A stretch of 21,872 nucleotides of DNA from Candidatus Fraserbacteria bacterium (GCA_037446135.1 JBBIJD010000027.1:1-21872); one strand, 5' to 3'; shown: positions 1 through 8,340, numbered from the stretch's first letter. Notes: a model not told the origin generated them from the sequence alone. Translations and numbers: made by a program.

Positions 1-1126
1 CCGACTTGAGCGCGACCTTGAGCGCCTCCCAGGAGAGAGGGTTCCGGAAGAGGTTGTTGGCGTTGAGCACCAGGTAGCCCCCATTGGCCCGGTGGAGCGA
101 GCCGGGCCGGATCATCGTGAAGTCAGTGGTGAGGACCCCCATCTGGGCCCGGCGCTCGACCTTCCCGAAGAGGTTGGGGTAAGTGGCGTTGTCCTCGACG
201 ATCACTGGGGCCCCTTCGAGCTTAGAGTTGTCTACCAAGACATTGACATCATATCGCTTGAGCTCCTCACTGCTATCGCCCTCCTCGCTGAGGAAGAGCC
301 CCAGGTTCGCTAAGATGTCTGCCTTCACTTGATCGAGGAACTCCGCGACGCGGGGTTCCTCGCCATAAGCCTCCTTGAGGGCAGCGATCTTCGGCTCGAC
401 GGCGAAGGCCGCCACTTCCCGGTTGAGCTCCTCGATGAGCCGGGCCCTCTCCTCCTCGAGCCCCCCGGCCCGGCGGATCGTCTCCTCGATCTGGAGCCGG
501 ACCTGGCGGTGGCGCTCTTCGAGGGCTAGCCGCTCCTCCTGGCTCAGGCGCTTATACTGCTCCTCGCTCATCGGCTTACCCTCGAGCAGCGGGATCGTAT
601 TGATCCCGATCGGGGTCCGCTGGAGAGCGAAGCCCAGCTTTTGGGCCTGCCGCTCGAGTTCACTGAAGAGCCCATCCCTCTCCCGGTTGATCGCCTCATC
701 GATCGCGCGTTTCCGCTCTTGATACGCCTCGCTCTTGAAGGCTGTGGGGATATCCCTCTTCAATAGCTCGATGAGCTTCCCCATGTCCGCCTTCAGTCGA
801 ACCCCCTTCCCCGGCTGGAGGGGAAGGTAGCGCGGGGTATAGGGGTCCTCGAAATTATGGACATAGCAGAGATCTGGTGGGCGGGGCTCCTTAGCGCTCA
901 CCCGCTCGAGATAGGAGCGGACGATCGACATCTTCCCCGTCCCAGGCCCGCCGGCGACATAGATGTTATAGCGGGGATCTTTTATCCCCAGCCCACATTC
1001 CAGGGCCTCGATCGCCCGCTCCTGGCTGATGACCTCCCGGAGCGGCTCGAGCTCCGCTGTGGTCTGGAAGTCGAAAATCCCCGGGTCACAGCGTCGCCGC
1101 AGCTCTTCCGCCCGTAGCTTGCGCAT
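1..1126 (-). CDS. Lon-family (LonC / AAA_32-type) protease, 5' part; runs off the left edge of the window
   Basis: Absent from the ORF track (no stop in window). Manual translation from ATG 1126: MRKLRAEELRRRCDPGIFDFQTTAELEPLREVISQERAIEALECGLGIKDPRYNIYVAGGPGTGKMS (Walker A), then a long coiled-coil insert, then NATYPNLFGKVE...TTDFTMIRPGSLHRANGGYLVL, typical of LonB/LonC AAA modules. SD GGAGG upstream. Confidence 0.88.
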   Translation of the reverse strand, partial: MRKLRAEELRRRCDPGIFDFQTTAELEPLREVISQERAIEALECGLGIKDPRYNIYVAGGPGTGKMSIVRSYLERVSAKEPRPPDLCYVHNFEDPYTPRYLPLQPGKGVRLKADMGKLIELLKRDIPTAFKSEAYQERKRAIDEAINRERDGLFSELERQAQKLGFALQRTPIGINTIPLLEGKPMSEEQYKRLSQEERLALEERHRQVRLQIEETIRRAGGLEEERARLIEELNREVAAFAVEPKIAALKEAYGEEPRVAEFLDQVKADILANLGLFLSEEGDSSEELKRYDVNVLVDNSKLEGAPVIVEDNATYPNLFGKVERRAQMGVLTTDFTMIRPGSLHRANGGYLVLNANNLFRNPLSWEALKVALKS

Positions 1127-1152
1127 CTTCTCCCTCCTCCATACCCTTGCAA

Positions 1153-1181
1153 AGGATAACAAATCGGGGCAGGATGAGCAA
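1153..1181 (-). promoter_or_regulatory. sigma70-type promoter of the lon-family gene
   Basis: Minus strand TTGCTC-N17-TATCCT with TG extended -10, about 25 nt upstream of the ATG. Confidence 0.6.
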
Positions 1182-1186
1182 ACGAG

Positions 1187-1222
1187 AAAAGGGAGGGCCC
1201 CGATCGTGGTCGGGGCCCTCCC
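1187..1222 (-). terminator. Intrinsic terminator of the secreted-protein operon
   Basis: Minus strand 13-bp stem GGGAGGGCCCCGA/TCGGGGCCCTCCC, 6-nt loop, followed by TTTTCTCGTTT; about 33 nt after the stop at 1256. Confidence 0.8.
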
Positions 1223-1255
1223 CCCATCTTAAGGAGAGGATGCAGGCCGGATAGA

Positions 1256-2002
1256 CTAGAGGACCTGCACCTCGATGGTTTGGGGGATCGGGATCTTGAA
1301 GCGCGGGGAGAAGCTGCTCACGAAGCCCCCGATCTTGTAGAGGCCCCGCGGCGCATTCTCCGGAACCTGCACTTCACAGATGACCCTCAACCGATCCCCA
1401 AAGGAGGCCTCGGTAGCCCAAAGCCATTGATACTCGCCTCTCTGCGAGTCGAAATGTGGCTCGGCGTTCGCCGCGCCGCCGTTGTCTACACCCTTGAGCC
1501 GCCAGCCAACAGGTGGCTGGATCGCCAGCCCTGGCCCTTTGACCGTCGCGCGGAAAGCGATCTCGACCGTCACCCTGAGCCAATCGCCCGGGAGGGCCTT
1601 GTTCCCCTCAAGCGGTGTAACGATGCTCTGGCGGACAACGACGGGGGCATCGCCGACCTGGACCTCCGCTCCCTCGACGGCCGCAGCCCCGCTGTTATCC
1701 GTGACCCGCAAGGAGACGCGATACCTCCCGGGCTCGTCGTAGAGCCAGGCGGTCGCCGGGGCGCTCAGGCTCTGCTCATAGCTCCCATTGCCGTCGAAGT
1801 CCCACTCATAGAGGACGATCCGGCCGTCGGGGTCGCTCGAGCCTGAGCCGTCGAAGGCGATGAGGTCGTTGATCGTCGGTGCAGCAGGGGAGTAGGTGAA
1901 GCTCGCCTGAGGTGGCCTATTCGAGCCGGCACCGGCGTAGCTGGCCAGCCCTAGCAGGGCTCCGAGCAAGAGGACCGATGCAAGCCGGAGGAACTTGACC
2001 AA
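1256..2002 (-). CDS. Secreted PKD-domain protein with one copy of shared module X (protein C)
   Basis: Probable start TTG 2002 behind SD AGGAGG (the track start 2032 overlaps the upstream gene). Hydrophobic signal peptide; PKD motif NRPPQASFTYSP...YEWDFDGNG...VSLRVTDNSG; C-terminal module shared with the two upstream genes. Confidence 0.8.
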   Translation of the reverse strand: MVKFLRLASVLLLGALLGLASYAGAGSNRPPQASFTYSPAAPTINDLIAFDGSGSSDPDGRIVLYEWDFDGNGSYEQSLSAPATAWLYDEPGRYRVSLRVTDNSGAAAVEGAEVQVGDAPVVVRQSIVTPLEGNKALPGDWLRVTVEIAFRATVKGPGLAIQPPVGWRLKGVDNGGAANAEPHFDSQRGEYQWLWATEASFGDRLRVICEVQVPENAPRGLYKIGGFVSSFSPRFKIPIPQTIEVQVL

Positions 2003-2015
2003 CTTCTCCCTCCTA

Positions 2016-3884
2016 CTAGGGTAACGGCTCATAGACCGGTGTATCGGTCAGCCAGTAGGCGACCAACTCCAGGATCGTCTGGAGGTTGATCACCGCCCCG
2101 CCGGTGTGCTCGACGATCTTCCCCTCGAGCCACCAGGCGACGGCTTGCTGGACCTGCTCGAAGGAGATCTTGTCTCCGAGCTGGATATTGAACCGATCAT
2201 TCTCAGTATCCCAGCGGGAGACCACCCAACTGATCGGGAGCCGGTCGACGATCTCCACCTGGCCCTCGCCTTCCACCGCCAGCTCGAAGGCCGGCGAGGC
2301 GCTGTTGATCTTCCCGGTGAGATTGTAGATCTTGAGGGCCGTATTGGCCGGGACGGTCACATCATAGATGACCGTCTTGGTCGTCCCGGCCGGGATCTTC
2401 CCGACGAAGAGCCACTGGATCGCCTTCTCGTGATAGGTCGCCTCGGCATTCTCGACCGGGGTGACTGTCCAGCCCTCGGGGAGATCCTCATCGAGCCCCA
2501 GCCCGTTGAGGTCCATATTTATCTCGATCTTTACTGTCACGCGGAAGGTCTCCCCCGGAAGGGTCTTGTCGACATGGAGATAGGTGTTGATCTCGCGGGT
2601 GACACTGGCCTTGACTGTAAAGACGGTCACCACTCTCGCCGCGGTAGCCGAAGCTTCCTCATCATCTGTGACGGTCAGGGTCACCTGATAGGCCCCATCC
2701 CGACCATAGCGGTGGCAGGGGTTCTGCTCCGTCGAGCCGGTCCCATCCCCGAAGTCCCAGCTCCAGGAGGTGAGCCTCCCCTCAGGATCGCTGGAGAGGT
2801 CGGTGAAGCAGACCTCATCCCTCATGCTCGGGGCCTGTGGGGCGAACGAGAAATCGGCCATCGGGGGCCGGTTCGGCCCGCGGACGGTAACCGCTAGAAC
2901 GGGGAGCTCAAGCTCCTGTTGGCGATGGCGAAAGTCAGTGAAGCTCACCGAGCCGGGGGCGCTATCGACCTCCAGGAGCTTCCGCCCCTCGACTGCTGGG
3001 GCATAGCTGACCTCGAAGGAGGCGGTCCAACTCGCCCCGACCGCCAACTCCGCCAAGCTCCATTCCAGGGTGGTAAGGCCATTGCCACTGGTGATCCGGC
3101 TCGGAGGGTTTTGAAGGGCCCTCTCATAGGTGAACCCCGCGGCCAGGGTCCTGGTGATCACAAGCCCGGTCCCGACGAGGTCACGATAAAGGGCCGCAAA
3201 GATCTTCCCGACGACCTCGCCATCATACTTGGTGAAGAAGAGCCCACCGGTCATGGAGGCGATCTGGGCCAGGTCGGCCTCGAGATATCGCCCGATCCCG
3301 AGCACATGGATCACGATCCCATTCCGAGCGGCGATCTCAGCTTGAGGCAAGGGCGCTCGCCCGGTATTGCTCGAGCCATCGGCCAGGAGGATCTCGACCA
3401 GGACGGCCTCCTCGCGGCCACGCTCGAGCAGCTCGCGGTTGGCCTCAGCCAGGCCCTCCCCCAGCCCGGTCTTCCCCATGTTCTGCAACTGGTCGAGCCG
3501 GGCAGCCACACGGGCCTCATCAAAGGTCAGCTCGACCTCAAGGCTCGCCTTATCGGCGAAGGAGACGAGGGCCACGCGATCCTCCCGGCCGAGCCGGCTC
3601 AAGATCTCCTTCCCGATCTTCCGCACGGCGATGATATCCGAGCTGGCTGAGCGATCCACGACCAGGACTAGGTCCAGCGGGAAGGGCTGACTGCGCAGGG
3701 CGCGGAGAGCCAGGGTCACCACCGCGCGATCCGGCTCACCAGCGCTGCGGAAGTAGATCTCTTTAGGAGATAGCTGCTGCTCCACCCCGATGAGGGGGGA
3801 GGGTTGCTGGGCCTGACCGCTCATGAGGCCCCAGATGCACAGGGCAATGATGGCTCCAGCAACCATGCCTCTCAAGCCTTTCAT
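2016..3884 (-). CDS. Secreted vWA + PKD domain protein with modules X and Y (protein B)
   Basis: Signal peptide; vWA MIDAS DLVLVVDRSAS, TGLGEGL, LLADG; PKD WSWDFGDG...VTLTVTD; C-terminal X and Y modules. SD AAGGAGGT. Confidence 0.85.
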   Translation of the reverse strand: MKGLRGMVAGAIIALCIWGLMSGQAQQPSPLIGVEQQLSPKEIYFRSAGEPDRAVVTLALRALRSQPFPLDLVLVVDRSASSDIIAVRKIGKEILSRLGREDRVALVSFADKASLEVELTFDEARVAARLDQLQNMGKTGLGEGLAEANRELLERGREEAVLVEILLADGSSNTGRAPLPQAEIAARNGIVIHVLGIGRYLEADLAQIASMTGGLFFTKYDGEVVGKIFAALYRDLVGTGLVITRTLAAGFTYERALQNPPSRITSGNGLTTLEWSLAELAVGASWTASFEVSYAPAVEGRKLLEVDSAPGSVSFTDFRHRQQELELPVLAVTVRGPNRPPMADFSFAPQAPSMRDEVCFTDLSSDPEGRLTSWSWDFGDGTGSTEQNPCHRYGRDGAYQVTLTVTDDEEASATAARVVTVFTVKASVTREINTYLHVDKTLPGETFRVTVKIEINMDLNGLGLDEDLPEGWTVTPVENAEATYHEKAIQWLFVGKIPAGTTKTVIYDVTVPANTALKIYNLTGKINSASPAFELAVEGEGQVEIVDRLPISWVVSRWDTENDRFNIQLGDKISFEQVQQAVAWWLEGKIVEHTGGAVINLQTILELVAYWLTDTPVYEPLP

Positions 3885-3919
3885 ACTCCTTACCTCCTTT
3901 CCCTTCGTGGTCCCTTCAA

Positions 3920-6067
3920 TCAGGGAGCATCAGGCTGCGTCCCCAGTGGCAGGTCCACAGGGGTGTCGGTGAGCCAGTAGGCGATGAGGAGCTTCATCGT
4001 CTCGAAGTCGATCGTCTTCCCGCAGGTCCCGGGGACCGGCTCGTCCTCCAGCCAGAAGGCGATCGCCGCTTGGATCTGGTCGAAGGTGATCTTGCTCGAG
4101 AGCGTGGCATCGATCGTGTTCGTCTCGACATCGAGGTAGGCGATCGCTACGGGGATCGAGAGGCACTTGGCGATCACGACCTCCGTATCTCCGCCGATCC
4201 CCAAATCGAACTGGGGGTTCATGCTGTCGGCGACGCCGCTCAAGTTGAACACATCGAGCTTGCACTCGCACCCGACGCAGTAGAGGTCGACCGGCACGGT
4301 CACCTCGTAAGTGATCGTCTTGACTGTCCCAGCGAGGAGCTTCTCGGGGAAGACCCACTGGACCTCGGACTCCTTGAAGATCCCGCCCCCGTTGTCCAGG
4401 AGCCTGACCTGCCAGTCCTGGGGGATGTTCTCATCGATCCCCAGCCCGTGGAGGTCCTCATGGACCTCGATCGTGAGCATCACCCGGAAGATGTTCCCCC
4501 GATAGGCCGGGAGATAGAGTTGATGGAATGGGAATGGGGTGAGGATCTTCCTCGTGACGGTCACGGCCCGATTCGAGGGCTCCTTGGGGAGCGGCTCGTC
4601 GATCTGGATGCACTTGAGCTGGTAGGCGATGAGGACCTTGAGTGTCTCCAGGTCGATCAGCGCCCCGCAGGTCTCGGGGACCGGCTCGTCCTCCAGCCAG
4701 TAGTGGATCGCCTTCTGGAGCTCCTCCGCGGTGACATCGTTGGAGAGGGTGAGGTCGACCGCCTCCGTCTCCGGGACGAGGTGGGCGATCGCGACGGTGA
4801 TCGGGAGGCAGCGATCGAGCTTGAGGCAGGAGTCGCCCTGGACTTCCTTGGTGAAGGCCGGAGCGGCACTGTCGATCTTCCCGGTGATGCACTCCTTCAC
4901 CGGGAGGGAGCCGCTCACCGTCTCCTCTGGGACCTTAACATCATAGATCACGCGGAGGACCTCGCCGGCCCGGATCGTCCTGGCCCAGATCCACTGGGTC
5001 CCGGCCCGCTTGAAGGCCGCTCCGGCGTTATCGATCGGGTTGACCTCCCATCCGCCGGGGAGGTCCTCGTCCAGGCCGAGCCCCTCGATCGCCGTGGAGG
5101 TCGAGATCTCCACGACCACGCGGAAGGTCGAGCCGGGGAGGACTGCCGGGGTGGAGATGGCCCTCGTGGCGGTGACGACGGCCTCGGAGACGGTGATCGT
5201 CCTAGTGGCCGTGTTCGTCGCACCCTGATTGTCAGTGACGGTCAGTGAGACGAGGTAGTTCCCAGCTCTAGTGTAGGTATGGCTCACGGTCACCCCACTG
5301 GCGGTCGCCCCGTCCCCGAAGTCCCAATCGTAGCGGGTGATCGTCCCATCAGGATCGCGGGAGCCAGAGGCATCGAAGCTCACCGCCTGGCCGACGCTGA
5401 TCACCGTTGGGGAGAAGGTGAAGCTGGCAGTGGGAGGGATGTTGGTCGTCGCGGTGATAGTGATCGGCTGGGTGAGGCTGGCAAGCTTTGTATAGATCGG
5501 GTTAGCGATGGTCCCGGTGACGAGATCCCACTCCGTGATATTGCTGATGAAGTTCGGGGTGATCGTGATCGAGAATTCCTGCCCCAGCCCGCCGATCACC
5601 ACGCCGTCGTTGTGGATCGGCTCCCAGCGCCAGTGGACCCTAGCCGTCGGGGGGGTCCACTCCCAGGTGTCAGGGCCAGGGTCATCCCGAATCACGGTCG
5701 TCGCCGTCGCGGGGAGCCCGGCGAAGGAGAACTCGACCTCTCCGCCGACGGTATCGCCCGGCTTGTCGTGGATCATCACGAGATAGAGCTCATTGGTTGT
5801 GGTGTCCTTGTAGAGGAAGAGGATACTGTGCTGCTCCACCTCTAGGCCGGTATGGGACTCATCATTTGTATAGTTATAGAACTCTTGCACCGGTCCGGCC
5901 CGCTCCAGCGGGGTCAAGGGATAGGTCTCCGTGCCCTGCTTCACCGAGAAGTAGAGGTTCTGCTGCCCTAAGGCCGGCAGAGTCAGGGTGAAGAGGGCCA
6001 AAAGGCTCAAGAAGATGCACAGCCACCGTGCACCTTCGAATCTTGGAACTGTTCTTGGGATCATCAT
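3920..6067 (-). CDS. Secreted PKD-domain protein with tandem (X-Y)2 modules (protein A)
   Basis: Signal peptide ending ALG-QQ; unnamed N-terminal domain; PKD YDWDFGDG...LTVTDNQG; two X-Y repeats. SD AAGGAGG. Confidence 0.85.
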   Translation of the reverse strand: MMIPRTVPRFEGARWLCIFLSLLALFTLTLPALGQQNLYFSVKQGTETYPLTPLERAGPVQEFYNYTNDESHTGLEVEQHSILFLYKDTTTNELYLVMIHDKPGDTVGGEVEFSFAGLPATATTVIRDDPGPDTWEWTPPTARVHWRWEPIHNDGVVIGGLGQEFSITITPNFISNITEWDLVTGTIANPIYTKLASLTQPITITATTNIPPTASFTFSPTVISVGQAVSFDASGSRDPDGTITRYDWDFGDGATASGVTVSHTYTRAGNYLVSLTVTDNQGATNTATRTITVSEAVVTATRAISTPAVLPGSTFRVVVEISTSTAIEGLGLDEDLPGGWEVNPIDNAGAAFKRAGTQWIWARTIRAGEVLRVIYDVKVPEETVSGSLPVKECITGKIDSAAPAFTKEVQGDSCLKLDRCLPITVAIAHLVPETEAVDLTLSNDVTAEELQKAIHYWLEDEPVPETCGALIDLETLKVLIAYQLKCIQIDEPLPKEPSNRAVTVTRKILTPFPFHQLYLPAYRGNIFRVMLTIEVHEDLHGLGIDENIPQDWQVRLLDNGGGIFKESEVQWVFPEKLLAGTVKTITYEVTVPVDLYCVGCECKLDVFNLSGVADSMNPQFDLGIGGDTEVVIAKCLSIPVAIAYLDVETNTIDATLSSKITFDQIQAAIAFWLEDEPVPGTCGKTIDFETMKLLIAYWLTDTPVDLPLGTQPDAP
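4021..4700. repeat. 35-nt direct repeat pair (4021-4055 and 4666-4700) marking the internal duplication of module Y
   Basis: cgcaggtc(c/t)cggggaccggctcgtcctccagccag, one mismatch; encodes WLEDEPVP(G/E)TC on the minus strand. Confidence 0.85.
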
Positions 6068-6087
6068 CTTCGGCCTCCTTTAGCCCC

Positions 6088-6096
6088 AGTATAGCA
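6088..6096 (-). promoter_or_regulatory. Extended -10 promoter of the secreted-protein operon
   Basis: Minus strand TGC-TATACT just upstream of SD AAGGAGG; no good -35 at 17 bp (CGGTAT). Confidence 0.5.
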
Positions 6097-6291
6097 TTCC
6101 AGGGCGGGGAATACCGTAACCTCCATTACAGACCTAGTTATAACCCCAGGCGAGCCTGGGGATCAACCCTGGGCTAAAAGGTGGGCCGGCGTGAGGCCCT
6201 AGCTGGAGGCTAGAGCTTAGCGGCACTAAGCGGGCTGAGGAAGGACAAGTGTCAGGGGGGACTCGAATCTTTGGCCCGCCTGCGGCGGGGC

Positions 6292-6738
6292 TCAGGGCTG
6301 CTGGAGGGGGATCGGGTTCTGGGCCTGATGGGGGTGGTCCGGGCCGGGGTAGACCTTGAGTCGCCGGAAGGCCCGCCGGCCCTGATCGTTCTTAGGGAGC
6401 ATCCTCTGGACCGCCTTCTTCAGGGGGAGCTCCGGGCTCTTCTCCAGGACCTCTCGGAGCGGCTTGGCTCGCAGCCCTCCGGGGTAGCCGGAGTAGCGAT
6501 AGTAGATCTTCTGGTCGAGCTTCCGTCCCGTGACTCGAATCTGGGCGGCATTGATCACGATCACATAATCCCCCATCCCGACATGGGGCGTATACTCCGG
6601 CTTGTGCTTCCCCTGGAGGATGGTGGCGATCTTCGTCGCCAATCTCCCGAGGGTTTGGCCCTGGGCATCGATGAGATACCACTTCCTCGGGCAGGTCTCC
6701 TCTAGCTCATCCTGCTTCACCATATATGTCCTTTGCAT
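6292..6738 (-). CDS. rplM: 50S ribosomal protein uL13
   Basis: [45 protein letters not shown]...YSGYPGGL...HPHQAQNP. Start ATG 6738 behind GGAGG. Confidence 0.97.
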   Translation of the reverse strand: MQRTYMVKQDELEETCPRKWYLIDAQGQTLGRLATKIATILQGKHKPEYTPHVGMGDYVIVINAAQIRVTGRKLDQKIYYRYSGYPGGLRAKPLREVLEKSPELPLKKAVQRMLPKNDQGRRAFRRLKVYPGPDHPHQAQNPIPLQQP

Positions 6739-6765
6739 CGCTAGTCCCTCCATGGTTGAGGTATA

Positions 6766-6794
6766 ATCATACCAAATTCCCCGGAGACTCGCAA
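6766..6794 (-). promoter_or_regulatory. sigma70-type promoter of rplM
   Basis: Minus strand TTGCGA-N17-TATGAT with TG extension, and an AT-rich tract upstream. Confidence 0.65.
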
Positions 6795-6813
6795 TAAAAG
6801 AGAGTATGAGGCC

Positions 6814-8097
6814 TCAGCGGCGGCCGCAGCCGCTCCTCTCACGGATGATCGTCGCCTCGGCCCCGGGCCCGAGCGAGATGATCGAGATCGGGACCCCAAG
6901 CTGCTCCTCGATGAGCCGGATATAGGCCCTTGCCGCTCCGGGGAATTCGCCAAGGCCGTGGCAGCTCTTGATCTCCTCAGTCCAGCCGGGGACCGTCTCA
7001 TAGACCGGCTCGCAGCGCTGGAGGACCTCGGGATGCGAGGGGAAATCCTCGATCAGCCGGCCGTCACAATGATAGGCTACCGCGACCCGTAGTTCGGGGA
7101 GCCCGGAGAGGACATCGAGCTTCATTAAGGCCAGCTCGGTGAAGCCGTTCACCATCTGGACATACTTCAGGGCTACGAGGTCCAGCCAGCCGCACCGCCG
7201 TGGCCGGCCGGTCGTGGCCCCCCACTCCTTCCCCCGCTCGCGGAGCCGCTCCCCGATCGGACCGCGCTCCTCCGTGGGGAAGGGCCCTTCACCCACCCGG
7301 GTCGTATAGGCCTTGACTACGCCGATGACCCGCTCCACCCTCCTCGGGGAGACACCGGCACCGGTCCCGATCCCCCCGATCGTGGTATTCGAGGAGGTCA
7401 CATAAGGGTAGGTCCCGAAATCGAGATCGAGCAGCGCACCCTGAGCCCCCTCGAAGATGACTGTCTCCCCTTGATCGAGGGCCCGATTGAGCAGCAAGGC
7501 CGTATCCACGATCCGCTCGGCCAGTGGCTCCATTATCCTCAGGACCTCGTCCGCTAAGTGGCCCGGCTCGAGCCGCTGGAGCTCCGCGCTCTCGGGCCAG
7601 GCCCGTTTCTCCCGCTCCAGGTTCCGCGCTAGTCGCTCCCGGAAGGCCTCAGGTGAGAGGAGGTCCCCGACCCGCAGGCCCGTCCGCTCGGCCTTATCCC
7701 GATAGGCCGGCCCGATCCCCCGCCCGGTCGTCCCGATCCCCTCTTTTGCCCCAGAGAGCTGCTCCACGAGCCGATGGTAGGGGAGGAGGAGATGGGCCGC
7801 CCCGCTGATGTAGACCTCCGGCTCCCAGCCGGCTCGGCGGAGGAGCTCGAGCTCCTCCACGAGGGCGAAGGGGTCGATGACCATCCCATTCCCGAGGACC
7901 GCCTTGCAGCCCTCGCGGAGGCTACCCGTAGGGAGGAGATGGAACTTGAATTCCTGCCCCTTGAGGACGACAGTATGGCCGGCGTTCGTCCCGCCATTGA
8001 ATCGAACGCACCAATCGGCCTCCGCGGCCAGGAGGTGTGAGACTTTCCCCTTGCTCTCATCGCCCCACTGAGCCCCTAAGACCGCGATCGCTGGCAC
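6814..8097 (-). CDS. purA: Adenylosuccinate synthetase
   Basis: GAQWGDESKGK, GGTNAGHT, GIGTTGRGIGPAY.DK, FEGAQG.LLDLDFGTYPYVTSS, GATTGRPRRCGWLD. Probable start GTG 8097 (GGAG upstream) rather than 8184. Confidence 0.96.
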   Translation of the reverse strand: MPAIAVLGAQWGDESKGKVSHLLAAEADWCVRFNGGTNAGHTVVLKGQEFKFHLLPTGSLREGCKAVLGNGMVIDPFALVEELELLRRAGWEPEVYISGAAHLLLPYHRLVEQLSGAKEGIGTTGRGIGPAYRDKAERTGLRVGDLLSPEAFRERLARNLEREKRAWPESAELQRLEPGHLADEVLRIMEPLAERIVDTALLLNRALDQGETVIFEGAQGALLDLDFGTYPYVTSSNTTIGGIGTGAGVSPRRVERVIGVVKAYTTRVGEGPFPTEERGPIGERLRERGKEWGATTGRPRRCGWLDLVALKYVQMVNGFTELALMKLDVLSGLPELRVAVAYHCDGRLIEDFPSHPEVLQRCEPVYETVPGWTEEIKSCHGLGEFPGAARAYIRLIEEQLGVPISIISLGPGAEATIIRERSGCGRR

Positions 8098-8115
8098 TTC
8101 TCCATCACCCCGGAG

Positions 8116-8144
8116 AGGATAGGGGATTAAGCGGGGGAATTCAA
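8116..8144 (-). promoter_or_regulatory. sigma70-type promoter of purA
   Basis: Minus strand TTGAAT-N17-TATCCT, back-to-back with the ileS promoter. Confidence 0.6.
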
Positions 8145-8177
8145 CCCGTGCCCCGGGAAGGCCCTGTCTTGCTTGGC

Positions 8178-8206
8178 TTGACACTGGCCAGAGGATGTGC
8201 TATCTT
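8178..8206 (+). promoter_or_regulatory. sigma70-type promoter of the ileS transcript
   Basis: TTGACA-N17-TATCTT with TG extended -10; implies a leader of about 175 nt before ileS. Confidence 0.75.
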
Positions 8207-8224
8207 CCTCTCAAGGAGTTCGCA

Positions 8225-8317
8225 ATGCTGCCCAGAGGCGGAATAATGGTGATCTTCCAGGATGGTCCCAGCGGCTCCCTCCTCTTTTTGTTCTCGGGGA
8301 TTATCGTGCCCCGCTAG
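8225..8317 (+). CDS. Putative ileS leader peptide (30 aa)
   Basis: SD AAGGAG (8213-8218), 6-nt spacer, ATG 8225: MLPRGGIMVIFQDGPSGSLLFLFSGIIVPR-TAG; Ile codons ATA, ATC, ATT-ATC. Confidence 0.5.
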   Translation: MLPRGGIMVIFQDGPSGSLLFLFSGIIVPR

Positions 8318-8340
8318 GGGCACGATTAAATCCCTCTTCT
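8297..8340 (+). promoter_or_regulatory. Strong hairpin in the ileS leader (candidate attenuator)
   Basis: ATCGTGCCCC-GCTA-GGGGCACGAT (10 bp perfect) extended by GGGATT/AATCCC across a 2-nt bulge, then TCTTCT. Confidence 0.55.

Noticed and set aside
1127..2014. Identical 12-mer AGGAGGGAGAAG before the lon ATG and the protein C TTG
   Set aside because: Explained by SD plus a purine-rich spacer; other starts here also end in GAAG, so there is no need for a regulatory repeat.
8225..8340. T-box riboswitch upstream of ileS
   Set aside because: No convincing GGTGGNACCGCG antiterminator motif or stem I/specifier loop; GATGGTCCCAGCG is only a loose resemblance. An Infernal search would settle it.
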